NCBI RefSeq assembly: GCF_052425735.1
Contig: NC_135771.1
Span: 1,550,001 to 1,614,000 of the forward strand
Length of the DNA: 64,000 bases
Direction of reading: 5' to 3'
Source of the DNA: Oculina patagonica
Taxonomy: Eukaryota
This document shows, one piece after another, positions 23,226 through 36,400 of the stretch. Position numbers and translations under genes: made by a program. The notes beneath the pieces were generated by a model. That model did not search any database. It saw only the letters and a program-made list of their open reading frames with translations, and had not been told where the DNA came from. Position 1 is the stretch's first letter; each line of letters opens with the position of its first letter.

Positions 23226-25361
23226 ATGGCGCCATGTGACAAGAAAGCGCGAAGAAGGCTTCGAAGCATGGACTTGCTCAAACTAGCCTTGATTGTAATC
23301 ACTTTCTCGGGTGTTTATTTATTTATGATGGTACATCGGATAGAAAATCCATTCATGCAGGCGGATCTGTCGCTACCAGTAAACTTTGAACCTGACTTGC
23401 AGTGGAATGACTCGTACATTGAAGGAATGGGCAAAACAGAAGAAATTTCCGATCACTTGGAAAATGACGATACTTTAAATGATCTGTTCAACTTTCACAA
23501 AGATTCTACAAAAGAAAATACATCTTCATCTCAACATTCATTCCAGCGCAAATCCAATTTCAGAAAACGACGAAATTTATCTAAGTCCAGGCGCATCTCC
23601 AAAATGAGGAGTGAATTAAACAGGCGAGAAACTTCGGATTCTCGGAACCTGTCAATTTCCGAGCAAAAACTGGCGCCGACTGCGTCACGACGTTTCTCCG
23701 ACGATCATCGGAAGTCGGTGGAGTCAAAAGTAGCACATCAACAGTCATTCGAGTCTCAGTCGGATCCCGAACGACAGCCTGAAACAACAAATTCTTCCCG
23801 AAGGTTTAACAATGATCACCCGACGAATCTTGGAAAGGAACTTTTTAAGATTGGGTCGAGAGAGAAAGAGCAACAGTCAGAGTCATTACACTTATCCAAC
23901 GATGACATGAAACAGTCGGAACCATTATATTTACCAAATGATGAATTAAAACCCAAGCAAACAAAACGCCAGGAATCAGATTTTCCTGAATCTCATGCTG
24001 AGTCGCACCAACAAAAGAAGCACAAAATTCCGTCTTCAAGCCATGCAAATAACTCCAAATCCAGTAGAAATTTCACGACTTCTGATGGTATCGATGGTGG
24101 TAAATTAGAAGAAAAATTCAACGATCGTTCTCTAGCGGATAATCGAACTGTCTACAGTAAAGATACATCATTTCCAGATGCCAGCATTAAGGGATCTATA
24201 GCTAAACCAAAATTTTCAAATACTCAAGACTTTGCACTGAATCAGTTGCAAAAAGCAAGTTCTAATATTGAACAGCACTCAAGCAAAGCTGCTTTGAATC
24301 CCCAAGGTAACTGGCCTCCAAAAAGCTTGAATAATAAGCAGGATTCCGAGCCGCTTCCGAAGACATCTTCGGGGAAACGAAGAAGCCTCCTTATCTTCGG
24401 CGACGATCGTTCCGGAACAACCTTCGTGACTAAGATGTTTGCTGCCGATCCTCAAATGTTTACAGTATATGAACCACTATGGGTTACAAAAAAGTGGTTC
24501 TCACAACTCAAGTTAATGGATTATCACACAAAAGTCAAATTCACAGTGGATGTGGTAAATGCCTTGTTATCTTGCCAATTCACACGTTCAAAGGCAGGTA
24601 AAACCTTTCTTGGCTACACGTCTGAATCATGGGTTGGTCCTCGCGTATTCGAGAAAAACGTTTTCAGGACTGCTCCGTTTGCAAACAAAACAAAATCAGG
24701 AAGAAGAACTTGGCCTAATCTTTATCGCAAACCGGAATTCGCTGAACAAGTTTGTCTAAACCAATTTAACCACAGTGTAGTCAAAGTAGGACAGATTCGC
24801 GTTCCAGGTGAAAGTCTTTCAGTGTTTATTCCGCGTGTGTTTCGAGAGAACCCAGACACTGATATCCGAGTTCTTCAAATCGTACGCGATCCGAGGGGAA
24901 GTATCAACTCACGAATAAGGGCTGGCTGGATTTCTGATTTCACTTACACGGAATTTCCCAAACTAGCGGAAAAGTTGTGCGCCAAAATCGAATCAAACAT
25001 AGAGTTTGGTAGAAGCTTAAAAAGTGAATGGCTGAAAGAACGATATATGGAGATCAATTACAGAGAGATTACTACAATGCCTATTACTACGGCTAAGAAA
25101 ATATATAAATTTGCTGGCTTTGAAATGACAGACAGTTTGATTGATTGGATTGTCAAGAGCACGAATCCGGAACAGGATCAACTGCAACAAGCCTTAACTA
25201 ATCCATATTCTCACGTCAGAGATTCTAGCAAGAACAACCTAAAGTGGCGTAAAGAATCTCCGATAAAACGCGTGCGAATTATCGAGAAACAATGTAAGAA
25301 CCTGTTAGACTTACTTGGACTCGATGCAGTTGCTGATGAAATGGAAATATTATGTTCTTAG
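23226..25361 (+). CDS. Golgi type II carbohydrate sulfotransferase-like protein (CHST1-7 / Gal-GlcNAc 6-O-sulfotransferase-like), 711 aa
   Basis: Short basic tail, TM helix at about aa 16-35 and a long polar stem. Catalytic motifs: 5'-PSB IFGDDRSGTTF, VYEPLW, 3'-PB IVRDPRGSINSR, INYREI, and WR near the C-terminus. A splice acceptor ttttaccag ends at 23194, just before the ATG. Confidence 0.88.
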   Translation: MAPCDKKARRRLRSMDLLKLALIVITFSGVYLFMMVHRIENPFMQADLSLPVNFEPDLQWNDSYIEGMGKTEEISDHLENDDTLNDLFNFHKDSTKENTSSSQHSFQRKSNFRKRRNLSKSRRISKMRSELNRRETSDSRNLSISEQKLAPTASRRFSDDHRKSVESKVAHQQSFESQSDPERQPETTNSSRRFNNDHPTNLGKELFKIGSREKEQQSESLHLSNDDMKQSEPLYLPNDELKPKQTKRQESDFPESHAESHQQKKHKIPSSSHANNSKSSRNFTTSDGIDGGKLEEKFNDRSLADNRTVYSKDTSFPDASIKGSIAKPKFSNTQDFALNQLQKASSNIEQHSSKAALNPQGNWPPKSLNNKQDSEPLPKTSSGKRRSLLIFGDDRSGTTFVTKMFAADPQMFTVYEPLWVTKKWFSQLKLMDYHTKVKFTVDVVNALLSCQFTRSKAGKTFLGYTSESWVGPRVFEKNVFRTAPFANKTKSGRRTWPNLYRKPEFAEQVCLNQFNHSVVKVGQIRVPGESLSVFIPRVFRENPDTDIRVLQIVRDPRGSINSRIRAGWISDFTYTEFPKLAEKLCAKIESNIEFGRSLKSEWLKERYMEINYREITTMPITTAKKIYKFAGFEMTDSLIDWIVKSTNPEQDQLQQALTNPYSHVRDSSKNNLKWRKESPIKRVRIIEKQCKNLLDLLGLDAVADEMEILCS

Positions 25362-25408
25362 AGTTCTTAGCTGCAGTTATTAGATAACGAGCGGGAGAAA
25401 CCCCCCCT

Positions 25409-25987
25409 CCCCGGGGGGTACCCAACAAAGTTTTATACAGGGAGGCTCCGCCCCTTGGTCCAGACCCTTGCCCTTTTATATACTATTTTTGACAGAAAAG
25501 GCAACCCTTTCTTATACCTTCCGTAGAAAATGATACCCTTCTTACATATCTATAGTGGAAATACTGTATCCCTTTTCTAAACTTAGAGAAATCAGCTTAA
25601 GGGGCTCTGCTCGAGATGTTTCAAAATGAGGGCCATTTAAGATGGGTTCCGCTCAAGGTTCGAGCAATAAGTGCTAAAATATGGAAAACTTCAAATTCGT
25701 TTTTCTCTCGCGGGGCAAGCTTGAGAGCTAAAATTGCGATAGGTTCTTCTTAACTGAATTAAAACTGTGCTCTTGCTATGAGGTCTTTTTTGTAACTTTC
25801 TCTTTGCCTTTATTGCTCGAATATTCAGCCGAAACCGTCTTAAAATACCTAAATTGCACTTCTCCCTAACCTTTTGTATTCTTCAGCTCGTGAAATCCAT
25901 ACATTTTATATACCTCCAACCAGAAAAAAGGTACCCCTCTAAGGCGGAGCATCCCAGTATAGTTCACTATAGGGAGTACCTCCAGGG
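25409..25987. mobile_element. CCCGGGGGGGTAC-type non-autonomous DNA element
   Basis: Same family as 61292-61708 (GGGAGGCTCCGCCC and GGGAGTACC motifs), but degenerate. Confidence 0.6.
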
Positions 25988-27475
25988 AGCAAATCAAACT
26001 AATTTCAATCATTAATTCCTCTCTTCTCAACGACAAAGGAGAAAAATGTGCGTTTATCTTAAAAGGGGAAAGGACACAGTAATATAGTTACTAATATAAG
26101 CAACTATTATTGTCAAAGATGTAGAAAGAAACTGAAACCTAACAACTGACTGAGGATGGTTGAGGTTGTAGAACATTAACAAGGATTGCTAACGGCGGAC
26201 TCGAAAAAAACGTTGTGAGGTTCTGGTGGCGTCTTAAAGTAAAAATCGAACGCTATCATTGATTCAATATACGAATTGAGTTAGTACCGGTAAAAACCGA
26301 AAACAAAAACAACAATTAATGAAATCGTCCTCTCTATGAAGCTCTGAAATCAATTCGAAGTCAAACGGACACACATTATACTAAGTAGAAAATCATAAAA
26401 ATTGGAATGATAAAATAGTACAAATAGTATTTATTTATTTTTAGATCGTTTTAACAGATTCAATTGTCGACAAGGTATAAGAATAAAAATAAAGGGAAAC
26501 ATTTTTGGACAACTTATGCTCCAAAGTTGATTTCAAAGCTTGTGCTTTACAGGGTTAAAGGGGCTAGGTCACGGAACTTAGGTAATTTTCTTTAATTAAA
26601 AACTCTAAACTTCAAATTGGCAGAGTAAAAGTCGTTCTCCCAAACTTTCGCCTATTTCTCTAACTCGGTAGAAAAACGAAAAATGTCATGAACTAGCCTT
26701 GGCCCGGGCTTTCAAAGTTTACTAATCTTCAAAAAGGCTTATTATGTAGTTTTTAGGGTTGCGTTAAATTGCACCAGAAAGTCTAAATAATTATAAACTA
26801 AGTTCCTTATAAGTTAACCTGGCCTAAGGTAGTTGCCGACTACACCAAAGACCTGAATATGCAACAGAAGGTATCTCTCTCACCCGCAGAGGCCTCTTTT
26901 ATTTTTTTAACGGGCTATGGCAAAGGGGAGACGTTAAAAGTAAACTTGTGCGCGGAGCCTCGCGCTCCCCCAGTTTTCATTTTTCGTGTTTTTTTCGAAT
27001 TTTCCCCTCCACTAAAAGAGTCTCTGCGCCTGCTGCGGATCGGAGGAGTGAGAGTAGCCTGCGAACAGGCTTTCAGGAGATTTCCGGAGAGCGCTCGGAC
27101 GGTGCGAAGCGGCGGAAAACGGCGCAAAGCGCCGGCGACGAGGCGCGAATGCCTGTTCACAGGCTTGAGTGGGATTTAGAGAAACTGAGAGAAGGCGTGG
27201 AAACATGATCCTGGTCCTCCCGACTTTGACAATCTTTTCACAGGCATCAATATTTTACCAGGTATACGTTACGAAAAAAAATGAATGATTTGCAGGCTTG
27301 GGATATTTTATAAATCAAATCTTTATGAAAATTTCTCTTTCCCGTCAGGGGACTGGAAAGGAACAGTCCCATAACTCCCTGGGTGCAAGGTAATTTTCAA
27401 AATGGCAGACGAAAAGTAAGCTTTTGTTTCCGAATATATATGAACAGTAAAATTGATCTGATTGATGTGTAAGAA

Positions 27476-30400
27476 ATGGCGGAAAAATTCTATTCCGTAG
27501 TGCTATGTGTTCTAGCTGCTGCTCTTGTTCGTTGGTGTGTGTCCATTAGTTCATATTCAGGTAAGATTGAATTTTTCATGTCCAGGATCGAATTTTCTAG
27601 TCAAAGGCTGATGCCCCGCGCCGGGATGTTTTCAAAATGTACTGCGGTTTTGTTGGATTGCTTATATTTGTTTACAGGGAAGGGAAAGCCACCGATGTTT
27701 GGAGATTATGAAGCGCAGAGGCACTGGATGGAAATAACTTACAATCTACCAGTTGATGAGTGGTAAGATCACCAACTGAGATTAATAGCAATCTTCTATC
27801 AATGTTAAGCGCTGCCGCCGCAGGAGGGGGAGGCCGGGCATATGCCGGGCATTTGAACTAAGCTGAGACTGTCTGTTCAAATGCCCAACCCCAGAGCATT
27901 TGTGGATGTTCAAAAGAGTCACTAAACTTCAATAAAATGTTGTAAGAAAGTCCATTAAAACGGTGAAAAGTCCCCACTAAGGGGCATCCCCTGCCCTATG
28001 CCCGGCCTCCCCCCCAGCGGCTTAACAACGCACCTTGACAAAACCGTTCCAGATGCGGCACTGAACATTAACGGAATGAAGTTTGTAAGACTCGATCGAA
28101 AAAGACGAAAGGGTGGTGGTTGTGTACTTTATTACGCGGAACACTTGAAGGCAATCCACCGAAAGGATTTGTATAATGATGGTCTTGAAGCCATCTGGTT
28201 ACAGGTTAAATTCCCAAGTAACTCTGTATTGTTCTCAGTTATTTATAGGCCACCCGACGCGTGCGATTTTTTCGACCGCATCGGACCTACGCTCGAAAAG
28301 GCTTGGCTAAAATCATCAAACATCATTTTACTGGGAGATTTTAACTGCGACCTTTTAAACAGAGGCAGTCTGGAAATTCCTGCGAACACAAATGCAGAAA
28401 AACTCTGCTCTGTTTTCGACCTGTTTGGGATGCAAAACGTCGTACAAGAGGCGACAAGAACAACTATTACGTCGCGAACTCTAATTGATCTTATTGTCAC
28501 TACAAGAAAAGATCTTATTAGCATTTCAGGCGTCTTTCCATTGGGTATCTCGGATCATGATCTGATATACGCAACTATACGACTAAAGAACAAAAGGCCG
28601 CCACCAAAACATATCAGAACAAGGGATTATAAGAAACTGGACCCAGAGAAATTTAGAGGCGATATTGAGTCTGCACCATTCCATGTTGCATCAAAATTCG
28701 AAGACGCAAATGACATCCTTTGGGCTTGGCAGAAGCTTTTTACTGACATCTGTGACGACCACGCTCCGTGGAAAGAAGTTAAAATAAGAAGTTCATGTGC
28801 ACCATGGATAACAGGTGATATTCGATTTAAAATGAACAGACGATACAAATTATTCAAGAAGGCAACTACGACCAAATGCCCCCTACTTTGGCAAGAGTAC
28901 AAAAAGGTCAGAAACGAAGTTACTTCGGATTTAAGAAAAGCTAAAGCGTCACACTTCTCTAAAATGTTTAAAGAAGTAAAGAACATGACCCAGTATTAAA
29001 TGGAGTCAAGTCGGAACACTCGCAGGTTTCCTTCGGCATTCCCCAGGGTTCGGTGTTGGGACCGACTTTATTCACGCTATTTACAAACGACCTTCCTGCT
29101 TCAGTCAGCTCTGGGTCCTTGTACATGTACGCAGATGACACAACGGCGTACTGCATAGGAGACTCGATAGACATCGCTATTGCGCAGCTAAACAAGGCCC
29201 TGAAGGAAGTATACACGTGGTGTCTAACAAATCGCTTAACACCTCATCCAGGAAAGAGTGAAGTGATGTTACTCAGTAAAGGAACCCTTACAGGGCCACA
29301 TACACCAATACAACTAGGAACCTCAATTCTTAGATGCGTCACAAAAACGCGCCTGCTGGGTATAACTGTCGACCGCAATCTAAGCTGGGTACCTCATGTA
29401 CTAGAGACCAAGAAAAGTTTTGCTAATAAACTGAACTTACTGAAACGATCCAGATTTCTCCCAAAGGGCGTGCTAAAGGATTTTTATTTTAAAGTGATAC
29501 TACCTTCTGTAAAATATGGTTTAGTCTTATGGGGATCGTGTTGTAACTCTGATATGCTAGACTCTATAGAAAGACTACATTGTAGGGCGGCAAGAATAAT
29601 TTTCAACTTGCCCAAGGACATGCCGTCAAATGATGTGCTCAAATATGATCAGTGGTCTACCTTTTCCCTGTATTATAAGCTCGATATCCTTAGGCTATTT
29701 TATAAGGCAAACAACGGCAGCCTGCCCGAGCCCCTGACGAAATCGATACTAGACAACTCCAGTCATGGCTATTCGCTCCGAGGAAAACAACTATCTTCGA
29801 TACCAAGATTCAACTCGCGATTCATAAAGGATTCACTCAGATACAAGGGATCTGTTCTTTGGAACATTGTTAAATACCACAATCAACAGAAGAGTTTTTC
29901 AAGTTTTTTAGAGCTAAGAAAGCATGTTGTAAATAGAGCATATTTTAAAGATTTTAATTTTAACGCGCTGTCGGCTTCAACAACCCGCCACAGACACAGT
30001 GATTTTATATATAATTAGTTTTTAGTTAGTTAATTGTAATCATTTAGTATACATAGCAACAGTCTAGTTAGTATTTAATTAAATAATTAATTTTACTGTA
30101 AATATAAGAATTGTAATTTTAATCTTAGCATAGTTAATTTAAATACACGACCCCACAAGCTTTTAGCTTTTACTATTATCGTGTCAAAATAAAGTTTTAC
30201 CTTACCTTACCTTACCTAACATTGATAGGTGCATTAGTTAAATTAAGGCAGTCTAACAAAAGACAGTCTAAGTTAAATTAAGACAGTGATTATTAAAGTA
30301 AAAAGGTTGTTGACTGAAGGTTAAATTATCCCAAGGCAAATAAATAAATTATGTGTATAAGGGGTATTTAAGATGTTGATCCCAAGGTGCATTACAAGCA

Positions 30401-33400
30401 AAGCTCACGCCAAAGATTTGTCAAGTATAAGCCAAGATTATAAAGCATTTTATTGAGAAAAGCAAAGTTCCACACCGATTTGTAGCCTGAATTTCAGACA
30501 TCCCTCTGTGCTCGCCTACTCGCCAGAAGGGACGTCTGAGCACATCTGGCCCTAATGCCGTCCGGTGAAGTCACTTTAATTCATGCAGAAAAGTTTCTGT
30601 CGAGGCCATGAAATTGTGAAAGAAAAATGTGTATGTGAAACAGGATCACAACCCCTTTGCCACCCTCCTGAAAGTACTTTTTAAAATTAGTACTATGTTG
30701 TGAATGCAAGCTTTTAACAGTATATAATTCCAACTGTATAATTATTTGTTGATCTTCAGGTACACTAATACAACCAACAATGACTTGATGTACTGGGGAT
30801 TGGATTATCCCCCATTGACTGCTTATCACAGTTGGATTTGTGGATTTATGTAAGTACTTTGACAAGGCTAATAAACTTCAGAACATGACCCAGTATGAGC
30901 TACTGCCTCCAGTCTGTTTCTCCAATCAAACACTACCGTCTCTAATGCCCGTAATGGGTTTTATGGGTTTAATATTTCTTCCACCCACATTCTAACTAGA
31001 TGAATTAAGTCTACATGTTAGACCTTCCAATTAACAATTGTTTTGTTACTGACTTCAGAGCCAACAAGATAAATCCAAATTGGGTGGCACTTAACAAATC
31101 CAGGGGACATGAAAGCCATGAACATAAGCTGTTTATGAGATACACAGGTAATCTGATATTTTTTTTAATTTTTACCATATTCAAAATTGTTTTATTTTCA
31201 TTTCATTTAATTTATTTAATAAGCTAAAACAGCTAATGTCTACTAGTAGTAGAACTAGTTTAAAATAATTTTGTACTTAATATACACTGTCTTCATTTTT
31301 TCACAGTTCTTATTGCTGACTTACTGCTATACATTCCTGCAGTCTTTGTATTTTGTTTTGTCTGCTTGGGAAGGAAACCAGCCTTAAATAAGGTAACAAG
31401 ATTATTGTGAACTTTGTACAAAGAAAGTTATTAACACACAAAAGTAATCCTCCTGTTACCACTTTGTTTATGACTTTTCTTTATGACCACTTTTTCTTTT
31501 TTGTTGGAAGTGAAGCTCTAATGGTCAACCATTTAATACAAAAATTCAAACACCTACACCCAGACTTTGGTGGCCCTTTGGGAACCAGAAATATAATAAC
31601 TTTAAGAAAACAATCTTAAGTTATGGACTGTCAATGCACGTTAATTTGGAATATTACTTGGGAGGCGTGGCAGCCTAATGGTTAGGGTAATGGACTCTGG
31701 ATTGAGTGCTCCAGGTGTGAGCTCTGGCCAGGGCGCTGTGTTGTGTCCTTGCACAAGACACTTTACTCTCATAGTGTCTCTCTCCACTCAGGTGTATAAA
31801 TGGGTACCGGGGATGTGGGGTGTAACCCTGCAATGGACTAGCATTACATACTCCTAGTCACTTCATGCTACAGAAACCAGAATAAGGTCCAGCCTGATGG
31901 GCCACAGACTTAACGAATATCTGACTAATACTTAGTCATTGTATTTTTTTTTTACTTTCAGTTGCCATCTTGTTATCATAAATTTCTCAATCAATTATTT
32001 TTTTGTTACATTTTTCAGGTCCTTATTGCAGCTGCTATATTATTCTATCCTGGACTAATTCTCATTGATCATGGCCACTTTCAGTATCCTTTGTTCAGTA
32101 GTGGCTAAAAGGGTATTTTTAGCATTACTAACTATGATGTGAGGAGACAGAGTAATAAATTGTTAATTTACTTATTTTCCAGCGAAGTAAACCAAACTAA
32201 CTTCTATAACCTTTAATTAATGAATTCTTCTCCTTAACAGTTTAATTCAGATACAATGCAATAAGTCTTGGATTAGCGCTGTGGGGAGTTATAGGACTGG
32301 CTTGTGATCATGATCTGCTCGGCTCAATTGCTTTTTCACTGGCTTTAAATTACAAACAGATGGAGCTTTACCACGCTCTGCCTTTCTTTTTCTATTTGTT
32401 AGGAAAATCATGGAAACAAAATTCATGGTAAGATTGTTTTAAAAATGCCAAGTCTTGTGTTTGTACCAAGGGTGTTAATCCATCGCAGGTTACCTCATGT
32501 TTCCCAAGTTGCTATAGTGGACTATATAGCATAGGCTGCAGATCAGAGAGGGGAGGGGGGAGTGGTTTGCTCAGTGACTTCAGTAGGATCGTTTGAACTG
32601 CCTAGTTGTACGTTGTCACAAATCCATTACAGACACACCGGACACTGTTAAAGACATTTTGAAAATTTGAGTAGGGGGATGCATCCCCCTCCTGGGGGGG
32701 TATGCACTTGGCTTGGAGTATGATGGGACCCCCATGTACAGGGAGCCTCTGCCTGGAAGGGGTACATTTTTCAGGCCGTAGGTATGTGAAAGGGTAGGAT
32801 TTTAAGGAGTTGAAGTATACAAAAGGGATTAGGGAACACTGTCATTAATTACAATTAAAAAAAGAAAATAATATCTTGAACAGACCCACCAGATGGTCTA
32901 TTTAACTAAGGGGTTATTCAAGTGAGAAATTATAAAAAGAGATGCAATATCGTAACAGATCTTTGTTGATTTTTCACAGGATTTCAAGAATATTTAAGAT
33001 TGCCAAACTAGGAATTGTTGTTGTGGTAACATTTATCTTGTGGTAGGTATGAATTACTATTCCTTAAAGATTTTGAGTTTTCAAACAAACAGGAGAAAAT
33101 AATTTTGATGTCATCTTTTCTTGTTGCATTAATTTCTAGTTGGTTGCCATTCTTGACTGGTTTACCAATGATTTTACAAGTTATCCACAGACTATTTCCA
33201 TTTGCAAGAGGTCTTTTTGAGGTAACTATTAAATCACAATAAATTTAACCAGAACTGTTCACTTTCTTACAGGGGCTATTTGCATTCCAAAATGGTTGTA
33301 ATGAAAAGTTCTAATCATGCCAGGAGATCATTTATACAATAGAATCCCAGGGAGGGGGGATTGCTATTGGTAGATTAGAATGATATCTTTTCTGTGAGCT

Positions 33401-36400
33401 CCAGACCTTTTTAGCCTTGCAAAAGAAGTTGAGACTCTGAGAAGGCATCAAAGAAAAAATTCAAGATGATGAGAAACCCTGACATTTGGCTTAAACTTTG
33501 CGAAACACATTTTTTGAAGGACCATTCACCACCCCTAATCCTGATTTCTTGAAATCTACAAGGGAAATGGAAATTGGGAGTTTCAAGAAACCAAGGGTTC
33601 GAGAAAATGGGATTCTAATGAAATTGTAGATAAATTTCCGAGATGAGGCCTTTAATATGCAATTGGGACTGAAATTTCACCAAAAACCAAACAATAACTA
33701 CTGTAAGTTGTAGTTGTATTTGCATGATTTTTGTGTGAGCAATGAACACATTTTCTCTCTCCTTCTTTAGGACAAGGTGGCAAATATGTGGTGCTCACTC
33801 TCTGTTTTAATTAAAGTGAAAAACGTTCTATCTCAAACACAGATTATTAAACTCAGGTAAAGGAAACATTATAATGTCTTTTTGTAATTAGTCATTGATA
33901 ATATACTCACAACTGCACCATCCTTGTTCTCCTGGGGGAGGGGCAGGGATGGCACAGTGGTGAGAGTCTCACCCCCCACTAATTTGGTCCGGTTTGATTC
34001 CAAGACCCATATTAGATGTGGGTTGAGTTTGTTGTTGGTTCTCGTCTTTTTTTCATCCAGTTTTCCTCCCTCCACAAAAACAATTTGTTCTGGTAACAGT
34101 GGACAAATGGTCACACTGTGGATGAGCTGCTGTAAAATATTATTTATTTGTACTTGTAAAGTAAAGATCCCAGACAGGGCTCAGCCCTACTCTCATTCCA
34201 TTATAAGCAGTAGTAAATATTAAAAATTATTTTCAGAGAATGTACTCCCAAATGATTTGAATATCAGTGTTTTTAGTTAACTCTCTGATCTTCTTTCTTC
34301 CCATAGTACCTGGTCAACACTCACTGCTTGTTTACCTTCATCCTTGAATTTGTTAAAGAATCCAACAATAGATCGTTTTGTTTTGGCTCTGGTAAGATTT
34401 ATAGTTCAGCTGTACAGTCATGTACTTTATGAAATAAACTTCAAAAGACTGTGATTGGCTATTCAGGAAAATATATTCTGTCACATGCTTATGGTGGCTT
34501 GCTGTAATTTAAATTTCAGGTGAATTCTTCACTGGCATTTTTCATTTTTTCATATCAAGTTCATGAAAAATCAATCCTGCTAGCAGCACTGTAAGTAAAA
34601 ATATACTGTTCCTTAAATCCATGCGTATCCAATCGAACGTTCGGTAATCAAACCCAATTGTTCGATTGGGTATAGTAATCGAACATAATCAAAACTCACA
34701 ATAAAAATTTGGTCTATAGAACAAAATCGAACGTTTGATTACCGAACAGTAGACAATCAAACAAAATCGAACGTTGATTACCCAACAGTCGAACTCCTGT
34801 TAGTTTATATTGCGGACAATATTTGGACAGTGCACCGTCCCCCTCATTAGCCCTGTGTGATTTACTTAATATCAAGATGGATTCCAAACAAAATAGAGTC
34901 GGATTGAATTCGATCGAGTTTGATTGAATTCGATTGATTCGAAAATTGAACTCACAGCAAAATGGATGTTCGATTTTGTTTGATTACCGAACCCAATCGA
35001 ACGATTGGTGTTTGATTGGGTTCAATTGATTTTCAGTCGATTTTGTTCGATTGGATATGCTGGGTTAAATGCACACAATGTATGTGGATGTCTTTCCAAA
35101 CAAGCTAAGGTTTGATATATATTTTAATTTTAAAATACTTTGTTGAATCTTTTAAAAGTCCTTAACTTTATTTATACTGAGACCTATACGTGATTATAAA
35201 TTTACTCTTGTTTTCAGTCCCGTCTGTCTGTTGCTACACTACAAACCTTTGGAGTGCATGTGGTTCTTAGTCATCTCCACTTTTAGGTTGGTAGAAATCA
35301 AATTTTTTTAATTTCAATTAAAAAAAAATTAAATTGTTTGGCTCTTTTGGGTCATGTCTACACATCATTGGCCTCTTATGCAGTGTTTTTTTGTGGCTTG
35401 CCCAAACTTTCCTCTCCACAAATATTTCATAAGGGGGAAAGATTGACAAAACATCAAGATGATATCTGTAAAGGAGGCCAACCAAACATTTGCAAGGTTA
35501 ATATTTTTGTCATAAATTTTGAAGATCTAAATAAATGTACAATATCCAGTTTGAAACCAAAAATGTCTTCTGTGGAGGAAGTATGGATAATTATTTTCTA
35601 GAACAACACAATTACCAGTGGTGGGAGGGTAGGGGGTCTTGAACCCCCCTCCACCCCTTTCCTATAAAAGCAATGACAACCATGGAAAGGGTGTGGATAT
35701 TTTCTGGAACAAAATAATGTAATGAGAAAGATAAATCTACCATGCTAGGTCCACAATGCGTGCAAAGAGATTGAAAACCTTTTTTACACTTACAGCAGAA
35801 CTTTGTAAATGTTACCTTGCTACCTTAAGTTCCTACAAGATTAAAACTAAATCAACGTTTTTTGATTGTAGCATGTGGCCTTTACTGTTGAAGGACGGCC
35901 TTTCTCTGCCTTATGTTTCCTGTATGTTGTTGTTCTTTGCTGTTGGTTATCACGTATTTGATCTGAGGAGCACCAAACCACTAAAACAAGCTTTGGTAAA
36001 TATGTTATATTAACACGATGTATGGTTCTCAAACTTATTAATACTAAGTTGTGGTTTTAGTGAAATGCAATGTCTTTTCTTATCCACTTATGTCCAGGAT
36101 TGAATGCAAGTTTTCTTTAATAAGTACGTCATGTTTGACAGTGTTATTTGGCATTTCCATATTACTTTATATTTGACAAAAATTTGGTGTGTTTTGGTGA
36201 ACTTTTATGCCTGGCCTACCCGACCTCTAGTTCAACATAGATAAGTGCATTAGTTATAAGAAAACTCAGTTTACAGCTTCTAAGTTGTTTTCTTGTTCCC
36301 AATCTTTTTCAGTTCATTCTGTCAGTGGTAGGAGCCCTGGGTCTACACACAGGATCAGCTATTGTTCAGCCTCCCAGCCGGTACCCAGACCTCTGGCCAG

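Noticed and set aside
27998-28030. Start of the 333-aa endonuclease ORF at MPGLPPSG
   Set aside because: The ATG is in the host MITE's TIR; the LINE is 5'-truncated at about 28028, so the fusion is fortuitous.
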